Source of the DNA: Fidelibacterota bacterium
GTDB taxonomy: Bacteria > Fidelibacterota > UBA8477 > JABMPR01
NCBI GenBank assembly: GCA_016844955.1
Contig: JAERTH010000059.1
Coordinates: 27,124-91,123, forward strand
DNA length: 64,000 bases
Direction of reading: 5' to 3'
Shown: piece by piece, positions 18,413 to 26,991 of the stretch
Position numbering within the stretch: position 1 is the first letter of the stretch
Layout: every line of letters begins with the position of its first letter
Program-made: the position numbers and the translations under genes
Notes under the pieces: generated by a model
What the model was told of the DNA's origin: nothing
What the model saw: the letters and a program-made list of their open reading frames with translations, nothing else
Database searches by the model: none

Positions 18413-19358
18413 GGGTGTCTCCTATGGATAGGGGATTTCCGCGGAGGTAAGCAGCAGCATCCATGGCTTTTTTGCTCTCCGGTTGGATAGATTTGACCAG
18501 AAGGCTACCAGTACCGCAAGCCACGGTAAATGAATCCGCAGCAACAGCCAGGATGCTTCCCGGAGCACCAGTCAGGTCACAAACTTTTGTTTTTAAAATT
18601 TTCAGCAATACACCATCTCGATGGGTAAATGCACCGGGTGAGGGTGCAAATGCCCTGACACGATTGTGGCATGTTTCTGCAGATTCCTCAAAATTCAGTG
18701 CTCGTGTCTCAGAGGAAACCTTGGGAGCAGGTGTGGCAGACTCATCACTCTGAACCCCTTCCTCCACAGGACCAGCGGCAATTAGATGCACCGTATCCAA
18801 TACCAGATCTGCTCCAAGATTGCAGAGTTTGTTATAAAGAGTATGCAGATTGTCTTCCGCTTCGATGGGAATGCTGGATTGTAGAATAATATTGCCAGTA
18901 TCCACCTTGCGCTTCAGGAAAAAGGTGGTTGCTCCAGTTTCCTGGTCACCATTCATCAAGGCCCAATGGATAGGTGCGGCTCCGCGATATTTAGGGAGTA
19001 GCGAAGCATGGAGATTGAATGAGCCATGGTGTGGTATTGTGAAAACTACCTCAGGTAGAATTTTAAACGCGACGACAATAATCAGATCAGGGGCAAGTGA
19101 TGTGATTTGCTGAATAAACTCCGGGTCTTTTAGGCGTTCAGGCTGGAGAATGGGGAGTTCCATTTTTTCAGCAGCTACTTTTACTGCAGAAGGACGTTCC
19201 CGTCGTCCCCGCCCCTGTTGTTTGTCCGGGACTGTTACAACGAGTTGAATCTCATGATCACTCGCATGCAGACGTTCCAGCGCAGGTACAGCAAAATCGG
19301 GAGTACCCATAAATACAATTTTCAGGGGTGAATTTTGGATAGGAGTACCTCGTTTCAT
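18405..19358 (-). CDS. fmt: Methionyl-tRNA formyltransferase
   Basis: IVFMGTPDFAVP, NLHASLLPKYRGAAPI, and a C-terminal Formyl_trans_C-like region. Confidence 0.92.
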   Translation of the reverse strand: MKRGTPIQNSPLKIVFMGTPDFAVPALERLHASDHEIQLVVTVPDKQQGRGRRERPSAVKVAAEKMELPILQPERLKDPEFIQQITSLAPDLIIVVAFKILPEVVFTIPHHGSFNLHASLLPKYRGAAPIHWALMNGDQETGATTFFLKRKVDTGNIILQSSIPIEAEDNLHTLYNKLCNLGADLVLDTVHLIAAGPVEEGVQSDESATPAPKVSSETRALNFEESAETCHNRVRAFAPSPGAFTHRDGVLLKILKTKVCDLTGAPGSILAVAADSFTVACGTGSLLVKSIQPESKKAMDAAAYLRGNPLSIGDTLG

Positions 19359-19463
19359 CTATCGCTATGTGAGGACACGCGGAAAATGGCAGGTCAGACT
19401 GGATGCTTTCAATTCAGGTTAATACGCTAACCTGCTACAACGGGGATCCAATCTTTAGTGAAC

Positions 19464-20003
19464 CTACAATTCAAAATTTTCTGAAGCTTCGACCTCGATC
19501 TCGCCACTGGCTATCTTTTTTAACGTTTTTTTGAGGAGGGATCGTTTCAAGGAACTGAGGTGATCCACAAAGAGCGTCTTTTCCAGATGATCATACTCAT
19601 GCTGGATTACGCGCGCCAGAAATCCGTCGATTTCTTCATCAAATTTTTGACCCTCAAGGTCTTGCCAGGAAACACGAATGCTTGATGGGCGAGTCACAAT
19701 CTCACGAATAGTTGGAATACTCAGGCAACCTTCTTCGTATTCATCCCTATCATCACCGAAGGAATGAATCTGTGGATTAATGAAAACCCGCTTCCCCTCC
19801 GTTTCATCCATTGGAGCAAGATCGATGACAAACAGCCGCAAGGATTTGCCAACCTGTGGCGCTGCCAGACCAATGCCTTCAGCAGCGTACATGGTTTCAA
19901 ACATGTTGGAGACAATTTCCTTTATCTCCTCAGTAATCTCTGGAATCACCTGAGTAGGAGTTCGGAGCACTTCCTTGCCATATGTTTGGATCTCGTAAAG
20001 CAT
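19464..20003 (-). CDS. def: Peptide deformylase
   Basis: Three signature motifs: GIGLAAPQVG, EGCLS and QHEYDHL. Confidence 0.93.
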   Translation of the reverse strand: MLYEIQTYGKEVLRTPTQVIPEITEEIKEIVSNMFETMYAAEGIGLAAPQVGKSLRLFVIDLAPMDETEGKRVFINPQIHSFGDDRDEYEEGCLSIPTIREIVTRPSSIRVSWQDLEGQKFDEEIDGFLARVIQHEYDHLEKTLFVDHLSSLKRSLLKKTLKKIASGEIEVEASENFEL

Positions 20004-20006
20004 GAA

Positions 20007-20318
20007 TTATTTGGTTTTCACCGTTGTCACAGCAGCCCGACCCACATGGAGCTTTGTGTCAGTTGCAGTTTTAATCAACAGAATGTCATTGTCCTTGATA
20101 CCTTCGATGGTACCATGGATACCACCGGCGGTTACAATGTGATCACCCTTTTTGAGTTCGGTTCTCATCTTTTCAGCTTCTTTTTGACGTTTACTCTGCG
20201 GTCTGATAAGCAGAAAGTAGAATACACCAAACATAAGAATGATAGGTAGAAAACTTAGAATTGGGTTACCGGCTTCGCCACCTGCAGGGGCTGCCATAAG
20301 CATGATACTTGCAATCAT
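20007..20318 (-). CDS. yajC: Preprotein translocase subunit YajC
   Basis: Single TM, then FYFLLIRPQSKRQKE...L.KGD.IVT.GGIHG.I. Confidence 0.88.
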   Translation of the reverse strand: MIASIMLMAAPAGGEAGNPILSFLPIILMFGVFYFLLIRPQSKRQKEAEKMRTELKKGDHIVTAGGIHGTIEGIKDNDILLIKTATDTKLHVGRAAVTTVKTK

Positions 20319-20447
20319 AATAGTCTTGAAACTCCTTAAATAATTAAAAACCGCGCTAATCTAATCGGGTGGTGAGTCCATTCCAAACTGCATCCCCGGC
20401 CATATATTCAAATCTGCTTCCATTTGCAGAACAACGGAAAGAATATG

Positions 20448-20903
20448 CTACAATATTTCAAGACACTCCTCCCACCAGGAGTCATAGCTACGTGATTTTC
20501 TGACAATGGCATCTATACTGCAGTGCGCTGGGGCTACTGCAATTGTAGTTTCCAATTGTTTGTAGCGTATATCCATCTCAACCCATAGCGCTTCAAAAGG
20601 GGTGGACGCCTGGTTGGCTATAGCGGCCGCTGCGCCAAAGGCAAAACCTAAATCCTGATTCTCACTATTACGGTGCCCCCTGATAGTAATTTTCAGGGTG
20701 CGACCATACATCAGGTCATTTACGATGTCTGTAGAGATAAGTGTTGGCGCTGTACGGTTACGATTAAAATATTTTTCTGTGGTACTCGAAATATGATGAT
20801 CACGTATTTGACCCAGCATCATAATGGGAAGTAAAAATAGAAGTGTGATTGTCCGAATTGCTACTCGTTCCAAGAGAGGACCCCTCCAATAGTAGTTAAA
20901 CAT
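20448..20903 (-). CDS. Hypothetical protein with an N-terminal hydrophobic anchor or signal
   Basis: 151-aa ORF with TM/signal IRTITLLFLLPIMMLG. No recognisable motif. Divergent from the peroxiredoxin gene. Confidence 0.45.
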   Translation of the reverse strand: MFNYYWRGPLLERVAIRTITLLFLLPIMMLGQIRDHHISSTTEKYFNRNRTAPTLISTDIVNDLMYGRTLKITIRGHRNSENQDLGFAFGAAAAIANQASTPFEALWVEMDIRYKQLETTIAVAPAHCSIDAIVRKSRSYDSWWEECLEIL

Positions 20904-20985
20904 AAATTCTCAGTATTTTTGTCAATTAAGTTTACATCTCCAAACAAGTATGTCAAATACAAATACAGATTCAATTTTTTATTTA

Positions 20986-21000
20986 AGATAGTATCTATCT
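20986..21000. promoter_or_regulatory. Perfect 6-3-6 inverted repeat in the divergent promoter region
   Basis: AGATAG-tat-CTATCT, about 115 nt upstream of the probable peroxiredoxin start. Confidence 0.3.
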
Positions 21001-21043
21001 CATATTTGTTCTTGCAGACACTACGAAGCTTTTTATATTAAAC

Positions 21044-21056
21044 AGTAATGATTACT
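21044..21056. promoter_or_regulatory. Fur/PerR-family-like operator candidate (6-1-6 inverted repeat)
   Basis: AGTAAT-g-ATTACT. The core TAATnATTA matches the core of the Fur/PerR 7-1-7 box. It lies about 58 nt upstream of the probable peroxiredoxin start codon at 21114. Confidence 0.3.
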
Positions 21057-21074
21057 ACTTATTAAATAAACGGA

Positions 21075-21758
21075 ATGAAATCCACAACCAAATTTCTCGG
21101 AGGAAATAATCCAATGATAGTTACCAATCCAGCACCAGATTTTAAAGCAACAGCCATCATGGGCGACAACACATTCAAGGAAATCAGTCTTGCTGATTAC
21201 AAAGGCAAGAAGGTTGTACTCTTCTTTTACCCCCTTGATTTCACATTCGTCTGTCCGACTGAAATATTAGCCTTCAATCATCGTCTGGCTGAATTTGAAA
21301 AGCGTGGTGTTCAGGTGCTTGGCTGCTCTGTTGATTCAAAATGGTCACACCTGGCTTGGAAGAATACGGATGTTAAAGCAGGTGGTATTGGCCAGATTCA
21401 GTATCCAATTATTGCTGATATTGACAAATCTATCGCCCGTGCTTACGATGTGCTTCAGGAAGCGAAGCCTGCTACTATATTGACTGATGAGGGTGATTCT
21501 GAAACCACTGTAGATGGTAGTGTTGCGCTTCGTGGTACATTTCTCATCGACGAAGATGGAATTGTCTGGCATGCTACGGTCAATAATGAACCTTTAGGCC
21601 GGAATATTGATGAGACGCTACGTTACGTTGATGCTCTGAGTTTTCACCAGAAGCATGGCGAAGTATGTCCTGCTGGCTGGGAAGAAGGAAAAGACGCCAT
21701 GGCAGAAAATCCAGAAGGTGTATCCGCATTCCTCTCAAATAATGCAGACTCTCTCTAA
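21075..21758 (+). CDS. ahpC: Typical 2-Cys peroxiredoxin (AhpC/Prx1 type) with an internal insertion
   Basis: Peroxidatic FTFVCPTE and resolving GEVCPAGW. The likely true start is ATG at 21114 ([10 protein letters not shown]), which is preceded by ggagga. There is an extra segment of about 17-20 aa before ALRGTFLID. Confidence 0.88.
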   Translation: MKSTTKFLGGNNPMIVTNPAPDFKATAIMGDNTFKEISLADYKGKKVVLFFYPLDFTFVCPTEILAFNHRLAEFEKRGVQVLGCSVDSKWSHLAWKNTDVKAGGIGQIQYPIIADIDKSIARAYDVLQEAKPATILTDEGDSETTVDGSVALRGTFLIDEDGIVWHATVNNEPLGRNIDETLRYVDALSFHQKHGEVCPAGWEEGKDAMAENPEGVSAFLSNNADSL

Positions 21759-21780
21759 ACGAAGAGACGCACTAGAAACC

Positions 21781-21812
21781 AAAAAAGCTCCGAATTACTC
21801 GGAGCTTTTTTT
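21781..21812. terminator. Bidirectional rho-independent terminator between ahpC and frr
   Basis: aaaaaAGCTCCGaattactCGGAGCTtttttt. Confidence 0.8.
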
Positions 21813-21834
21813 GGTTCAATAATCTATGATAGGA

Positions 21835-22404
21835 TTAAACGGTCATTATATCATCTTCTTTAACCTTGACCGCTCCATCGATTTCTTTGATGTACTTGTC
21901 TGTCATTTCCTGAACATTGGCCACCGCACGTTTAGAGTTATCCTCTGAGATTTCGTGTTCCTTCTCAGCCTTTTTGATGTGGTCATTGGCGTCTCGGCGC
22001 ACATTGCGGATACCAATTCTGCCTTCTTCAGCCAGCTTGTGCATGTGCCTGATGAGCTCTTTCCGTCGTTCATCGTTCAGGGCCGGAATTGGGATACGGA
22101 TATTGACACCATCATTGGCTGGATTTAATCCGAGGTCAGCAGCCATAATTGCTTTTTCAATTTCAGGCATGATTTTTTTATCCCAGGGTTGAACCACAAT
22201 CAATCGTGGTTCAGGGACACTTAAATTTGCAACCTGATTCAGTGGTGTTGGGTTCCCATAATAAGGCACCTTAATATGTTCTACCAGTGTGACCGATGCA
22301 CGATTACTTCTTAATCCAGTGAATTCATGCTTTACATGTTCAACGGACATTTGCATTCTGTGATCGACATCTTTAAATAATTCATTCAGCATGTGTACCT
22401 CCAA
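21835..22404 (-). CDS. frr: Ribosome recycling factor
   Basis: HEFTGLRSNRASVTLVEHIKV.YYG and RNVRRDAND. The likely start is M5 (22392). Confidence 0.93.
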   Translation of the reverse strand: MEVHMLNELFKDVDHRMQMSVEHVKHEFTGLRSNRASVTLVEHIKVPYYGNPTPLNQVANLSVPEPRLIVVQPWDKKIMPEIEKAIMAADLGLNPANDGVNIRIPIPALNDERRKELIRHMHKLAEEGRIGIRNVRRDANDHIKKAEKEHEISEDNSKRAVANVQEMTDKYIKEIDGAVKVKEDDIMTV

Positions 22405-23113
22405 CTACAGATCCAATGGCAGCGCCTTGCATCACTTTTAATAAGTTTCCGGGAATTTCCATATTAAAGACATGAACTGCAAGATTATTTTCACGACATA
22501 AGGCAAAAGCTGTCTGGTCCATTACCCGTAGATTTTTGCTTAATACTTCATCATAATCAAGTGTTGGCAGGAATTTCGCATCAGGGTCTTTTTCAGGATC
22601 AGCTGAATAGATTCCATCCACACGTGTCCCTTTGATAAGAACATCTGCTTCGATTTCCACACCGCGTAAGGCTGCAGCTGTATCCGTAGTAAAAAATGGA
22701 TTCCCTGTACCAGCAGCAAAAATTACCACCTTACCTTCTGACAAATCCTGGATGGCTTTGCGTTGGGTAAAGGGAGCAGCAATCTTGTTCATCTCAATAG
22801 CAGTCAGAACACTGGATTCCATACCATTACGTTTAATGGCATCCCCCAGAGCGACAGCATTTATAACAGTGGCTAACATGCCCATGTGATCGGCGGCAAC
22901 CCGATTCATATCTTTGGCCTTTTCAGATAGACCTCTAAAGATATTGCCACCTCCGATGACAATACCAACTTCGACACCCAGGTCGACGATAGCTTTGAGA
23001 TCGCTGGTCATCTGATCCAGCACTTTTGTATCAATAGAAAGAGCCGAATCACCTGCAAGCGATTCACCACTTAGTTTAAGGAGTATACGCTTGTAGATCG
23101 ATCCGGCTGACAT
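22382..23113 (-). CDS. pyrH: UMP kinase
   Basis: YKRILLKLSGESL, GGGNIFRG and FAAGTGNPFFTTDTAAALR. Confidence 0.94.
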   Translation of the reverse strand: MSAGSIYKRILLKLSGESLAGDSALSIDTKVLDQMTSDLKAIVDLGVEVGIVIGGGNIFRGLSEKAKDMNRVAADHMGMLATVINAVALGDAIKRNGMESSVLTAIEMNKIAAPFTQRKAIQDLSEGKVVIFAAGTGNPFFTTDTAAALRGVEIEADVLIKGTRVDGIYSADPEKDPDAKFLPTLDYDEVLSKNLRVMDQTAFALCRENNLAVHVFNMEIPGNLLKVMQGAAIGSVVGGTHAE

Positions 23114-23137
23114 ATTTATCGCCTCTATTAGGTAGAA

Positions 23138-23749
23138 TTATTCTGCGCTGGCTACGGATTCTCCCACTGCAAAACGCTGGAAGCGAACCACTGACATATT
23201 TTCACCGAGAGATGCAATTGTTTCATTCAGTAAATCTGTAATGGTTTTCTCAGGATCCTTGACGAAAGTCTGCTCCATGAGGACTACTTCTTTATAATAC
23301 TTTTCTAGACGGCCAGTGACAATTTTCTCAACGATGGCTTCAGGTTTGCCTTCGTTCAGGGCTTGCACTTTAAAAATCTCGGCTTCTTTGTCCAATGATT
23401 CAGTTGATACCTGATCGCGGTTCACAACTTCAGGAGCAGCAGCTGCAACATGCATTGCTACGTTATGGCCGAGCTCCAGGAATTTGTCAGTCTTGGCCAC
23501 GAAGTCAGTTTCACAGGCGATCTCAACCAGAGCACCCAGTTTACCACCAGCATGGATATAACTGAATACCAGGCCTTCTTTGGTAGCACGTCCAACTTTT
23601 TTAGCCGCTTTTGAAATTCCTTTTTTACGAAGAATATCAATTGCGACTTCAATATTTCCATCAGCTTCAGATAGAGCACTTTTGCACTCCATCATTCCCA
23701 CACCAGTTTTATCGCGCAGCTCTTTTACCGCAGCAGCTGTAATAGCCAT
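23138..23749 (-). CDS. tsf: Translation elongation factor Ts (short form)
   Basis: VKELRDKTGVGMMECKSAL....G....AID.LRKKG. Confidence 0.93.
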   Translation of the reverse strand: MAITAAAVKELRDKTGVGMMECKSALSEADGNIEVAIDILRKKGISKAAKKVGRATKEGLVFSYIHAGGKLGALVEIACETDFVAKTDKFLELGHNVAMHVAAAAPEVVNRDQVSTESLDKEAEIFKVQALNEGKPEAIVEKIVTGRLEKYYKEVVLMEQTFVKDPEKTITDLLNETIASLGENMSVVRFQRFAVGESVASAE

Positions 23750-23779
23750 TCTACATTTTCTCCAGATTTAAATTTTTAT

Positions 23780-24496
23780 CTATGCAGTTACTTCTTCAGA
23801 CTCTTTTACTTTTGAAATCCCCTTGGCTTCTAATATGGCATCTGCCAGGGTTCCCATAAGCAAGCGAACAGCCTGAATTGAATCATCATTTGCAGGAATT
23901 GGAATGTCTACTTTACGAGGATCAGTATTTGTATCAACAACAGCTACAATTGGAATTTCAAGACGTAAGGCTTCTGCAATAGCGATAGATTCTTTACGGG
24001 CATCCACAACCACAACCACATCTGGAAGGCGACGCATGTCTTTGATTCCACGATGCTGTGTTTGCAGGCGATTACGTTCACGTGTCCGCATGAGCAATTC
24101 TTTTTTGGTCAGAGTCTCAGCAATCCCGCTGGTCTCATCTTTTTCGAGCAGGTGTAATCTTTTAATCGATTTTTTGATGGTCATGAAGTTTGTAAGCGTT
24201 CCACCCAACCAGCGCTCAGTAACATGAAACATACCACAGCGATCTGCTTCCTCTTCAATAACTGTCTTGGCAGCTTTTTTTGTGGCAACAAAGAGTATTG
24301 ACCCACCCTTTTTAACTGTTGAGCCAACAAGCTCGATCGCTTTGTTGAGCTGTTCGATGGTCTTATACAGATCAATGATGTGAACACCATTTTTCTGGGT
24401 GAAGATGTATTCAGCCATGTTTGGATCCCAGTTACTGGTCATGTGACCAAAATGGGCTCCGGAAGCGAGTAAATCCTCTAGTGAAATATTACGCAT
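23780..24496 (-). CDS. rpsB: 30S ribosomal protein S2
   Basis: LLASGAHFGH and RWLGGTLTNF. It ends in TAG, showing that TAG is a genuine stop in this genome. Confidence 0.95.
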   Translation of the reverse strand: MRNISLEDLLASGAHFGHMTSNWDPNMAEYIFTQKNGVHIIDLYKTIEQLNKAIELVGSTVKKGGSILFVATKKAAKTVIEEEADRCGMFHVTERWLGGTLTNFMTIKKSIKRLHLLEKDETSGIAETLTKKELLMRTRERNRLQTQHRGIKDMRRLPDVVVVVDARKESIAIAEALRLEIPIVAVVDTNTDPRKVDIPIPANDDSIQAVRLLMGTLADAILEAKGISKVKESEEVTA

Positions 24497-24517
24497 TAAA
24501 ACTCCTGAAAAACTATT

Positions 24518-24913
24518 TTAACGTTTTGAGAACTGGTAAGCTTTACGAGCACCGGCCAAACCGTATTTTTTACGCTCTTTCTTACGAGCATCACGGGTCA
24601 GCAAGCCGGCTTTCTTAAGCACGGGTCGCAGTTCACTATTATCGCCCTGAAGTGCACGTGAAATACCATGGCGAATGGCATATGCCTGTCCTGAGAGACC
24701 ACCACCGTTGACATTTACTGAAACATCGTAACGTCCGGTATTCTCTGTAAGCTCAAGTGGCTCATGAACAATCATTCTCAGGGTTTTGCGACCGAAATAG
24801 TCATTCAGGTCACGGCTATTTACTTTGATAACGCCTTTACCCGGGGTCATGTATACACGAGCGATTGAGCTCTTACGTTTTCCGGTGGCATAAAATGTAG
24901 TAGATGTACTCAT
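24518..24913 (-). CDS. rpsI: 30S ribosomal protein S9
   Basis: [30 protein letters not shown] and the C-terminal KKYG...ARK..QFSKR. Confidence 0.95.
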   Translation of the reverse strand: MSTSTTFYATGKRKSSIARVYMTPGKGVIKVNSRDLNDYFGRKTLRMIVHEPLELTENTGRYDVSVNVNGGGLSGQAYAIRHGISRALQGDNSELRPVLKKAGLLTRDARKKERKKYGLAGARKAYQFSKR

Positions 24914-24915
24914 GG

Positions 24916-25347
24916 TTAGCCTATCTCAAGTGGTTTGGGTTGTTGTGCTTCATGAGGATGAGAATCACCTGAATAGACTTTCATCTTCTTGATCTGAACG
25001 CGGCCAAGACGGTTATGTGGTAGCATACCCTTAACTGCGTGCTCAAGAATGCGCTCAGGATGTTTTTCGCGCAATTGTTTCAGAGTTGTGAAACGTGCAC
25101 CACCTGGATATCCACTGTGGCGAAAATACGTTTTCTGCTCTTCTTTATTCCCTGTAACACGAATTTTTTCTGCATTAGTGACAACAACAAAATCACCGCT
25201 GTCAAGATGGGGAACAAATGTTGGTTTATGCTTTCCCCTGAGGATTTGAGCAATTGTTGTGGAGAGCCTGCCCAGGGTCTTATCTGTGGCGTCTACAATC
25301 CACCAGTCTCGCTCGATCTCACTTGCTTTAACATTATACGTTTTCAA
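24916..25347 (-). CDS. rplM: 50S ribosomal protein L13
   Basis: [13 protein letters not shown]...IA..LRGKHKP.F.PH.D.GD. Confidence 0.95.
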   Translation of the reverse strand: MKTYNVKASEIERDWWIVDATDKTLGRLSTTIAQILRGKHKPTFVPHLDSGDFVVVTNAEKIRVTGNKEEQKTYFRHSGYPGGARFTTLKQLREKHPERILEHAVKGMLPHNRLGRVQIKKMKVYSGDSHPHEAQQPKPLEIG

Positions 25348-25464
25348 TTCTATTCCTTCTCATTCTTGGTATACGACCATATGGGGTCATAAAAAAGCGA
25401 CGTAATCTAAACGGCGCCCTGTGGCATGTCAAACATAATTTCCCCACTAAAAAATCTAGAATTT

Positions 25465-26991
25465 TCAGTCACTTGTCGGGGTTTTCAGGCTGATCTCGAA
25501 GGTTGTTCCCTGCCCTGGAGCGGACTCGACTGAGATATGGCCTTCATGGTATTCGTGAATTATTCTTTCAACAAGGCTCAAGCCCAAGCCCCAGCCCCGT
25601 TTCTTGGTACTCCAGCCCGGTCTGAAAATATTTTTATGATCTCTCAGCGGGATACCATCGCCATTGTCACTGACCAGAATTTGCACCCATGAGCCGCGCA
25701 TGAGAATACTAACGCTAATGGTTCCCTCATCCCCTTTTATGGCATCTACCGAATTTTTGAGCAGATTTTCGATTGCCCAGCCAAATAACTCGGCGTGTGC
25801 CAGAACCGTAAAATCCTCGGGACAGTCAAAAACTATCTCTATGGACTTCCCCCATTGAGGTATGCGGCGTTGGATATAATTGAGTACGGGCTCAACCAAT
25901 GCACGGGCATTAATTGGCTCCAGTTTCACACCAGCACCAATTTTTGAGAAGCGCTCTGCGACTTGATTAAGTCGCTGTAGATCCCGATCCATCTCTTCAA
26001 CAATTTTGCGTGTGTGCGGTGTTCGCTCCCCTTCTCTCAGTAATTCGATCCAACCCATGAGAGATGACAGCGGTGTGCCGAGTTGATGAGCGGTTTCCTT
26101 GGAAAGGCCAACCCATATTCCCCTGCGCTCAGCCTTACGAATGAATTGAAATCCTGCAAATCCCAACAGGATAAATCCTCCAATTATACTAAACTCAATA
26201 AATGGGAACCAGCGTAGTGCTTGAATGAGTTCTGAGTCCTCATAGTGAATCAGCATCACCGTCTTGCCATCAAACACAACAGGGACAGGAGGTGTTTTGG
26301 CATCCATTCGCCTTAAGGCAGTTTGCATTCGTGATTCTTGCTCGTCTGGATTCATTCCTTCATCCAGGTCGAGCGTGTGATCCTTGACGATAAGGTCACC
26401 CCTCTCATCGACGCTGGTGAGAATCATGGGGAAATTGACAGCATCAATTACTTCATCCACAATTTCTTCAAACTTCTGGCTGCCTGCTTGGCCAAAGTGA
26501 ATTCTCATGATTTCTGAATCCACATAGGTAACCGGGATGGCTTCATTCTGTTCATCCATTTCCCTGGCAACCTCCAATAAATAAGCTGGTTGGATTATGC
26601 GTGGGATCGAGTCTGGTATCTGTACATTCCGATGGGCGTAAATGATGGTCTTTCCGCGTTCAACTACCGTGATAATAACTGGGAAACTTATATTTCTGAT
26701 TATCTGATTAAAGGCAAAATCCATACTGGGGGTGTCGGCGGACAGAGCCTTGGCATAGAGATTGGCATTATAACTCAGGAATTGACGTTGTTCCTCAAGA
26801 TAAGCCTTACTGAGCAAATCAGCGGAGAGCGCATTGGCCAGCAGATTTGAGTTATACTTTAAGAACCGAAGATTATCGTCCCGCAGTTCCTTAACCAACC
26901 AATTGGTGTATAGCAAAGATACACTGATAACCAAAACACTGAGGACAAAAAGCCCCAGCTTGATGTTTGTGGTTGATCTGATCTCTCGCAT
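25465..26991 (-). CDS. Sensor histidine kinase (two TM segments, large extracytoplasmic domain, HisKA plus HATPase_c)
   Basis: H-box ETAHQLGTPLSSLMGW, N-box ENLLKNSVDA, G1 DNGDGI and G2 GWGLGLS. The start ATG overlaps the YfhO stop (TAATG). Confidence 0.85.
   Translation of the reverse strand: MREIRSTTNIKLGLFVLSVLVISVSLLYTNWLVKELRDDNLRFLKYNSNLLANALSADLLSKAYLEEQRQFLSYNANLYAKALSADTPSMDFAFNQIIRNISFPVIITVVERGKTIIYAHRNVQIPDSIPRIIQPAYLLEVAREMDEQNEAIPVTYVDSEIMRIHFGQAGSQKFEEIVDEVIDAVNFPMILTSVDERGDLIVKDHTLDLDEGMNPDEQESRMQTALRRMDAKTPPVPVVFDGKTVMLIHYEDSELIQALRWFPFIEFSIIGGFILLGFAGFQFIRKAERRGIWVGLSKETAHQLGTPLSSLMGWIELLREGERTPHTRKIVEEMDRDLQRLNQVAERFSKIGAGVKLEPINARALVEPVLNYIQRRIPQWGKSIEIVFDCPEDFTVLAHAELFGWAIENLLKNSVDAIKGDEGTISVSILMRGSWVQILVSDNGDGIPLRDHKNIFRPGWSTKKRGWGLGLSLVERIIHEYHEGHISVESAPGQGTTFEISLKTPTSD

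Noticed and set aside
25348-25464. A possible ribosomal-protein leader or terminator between the kinase gene and rplM.
   Set aside because: Only a weak 4-bp stem (gacc...ggtc) is visible, with no convincing hairpin or U-tract. The evidence is insufficient.
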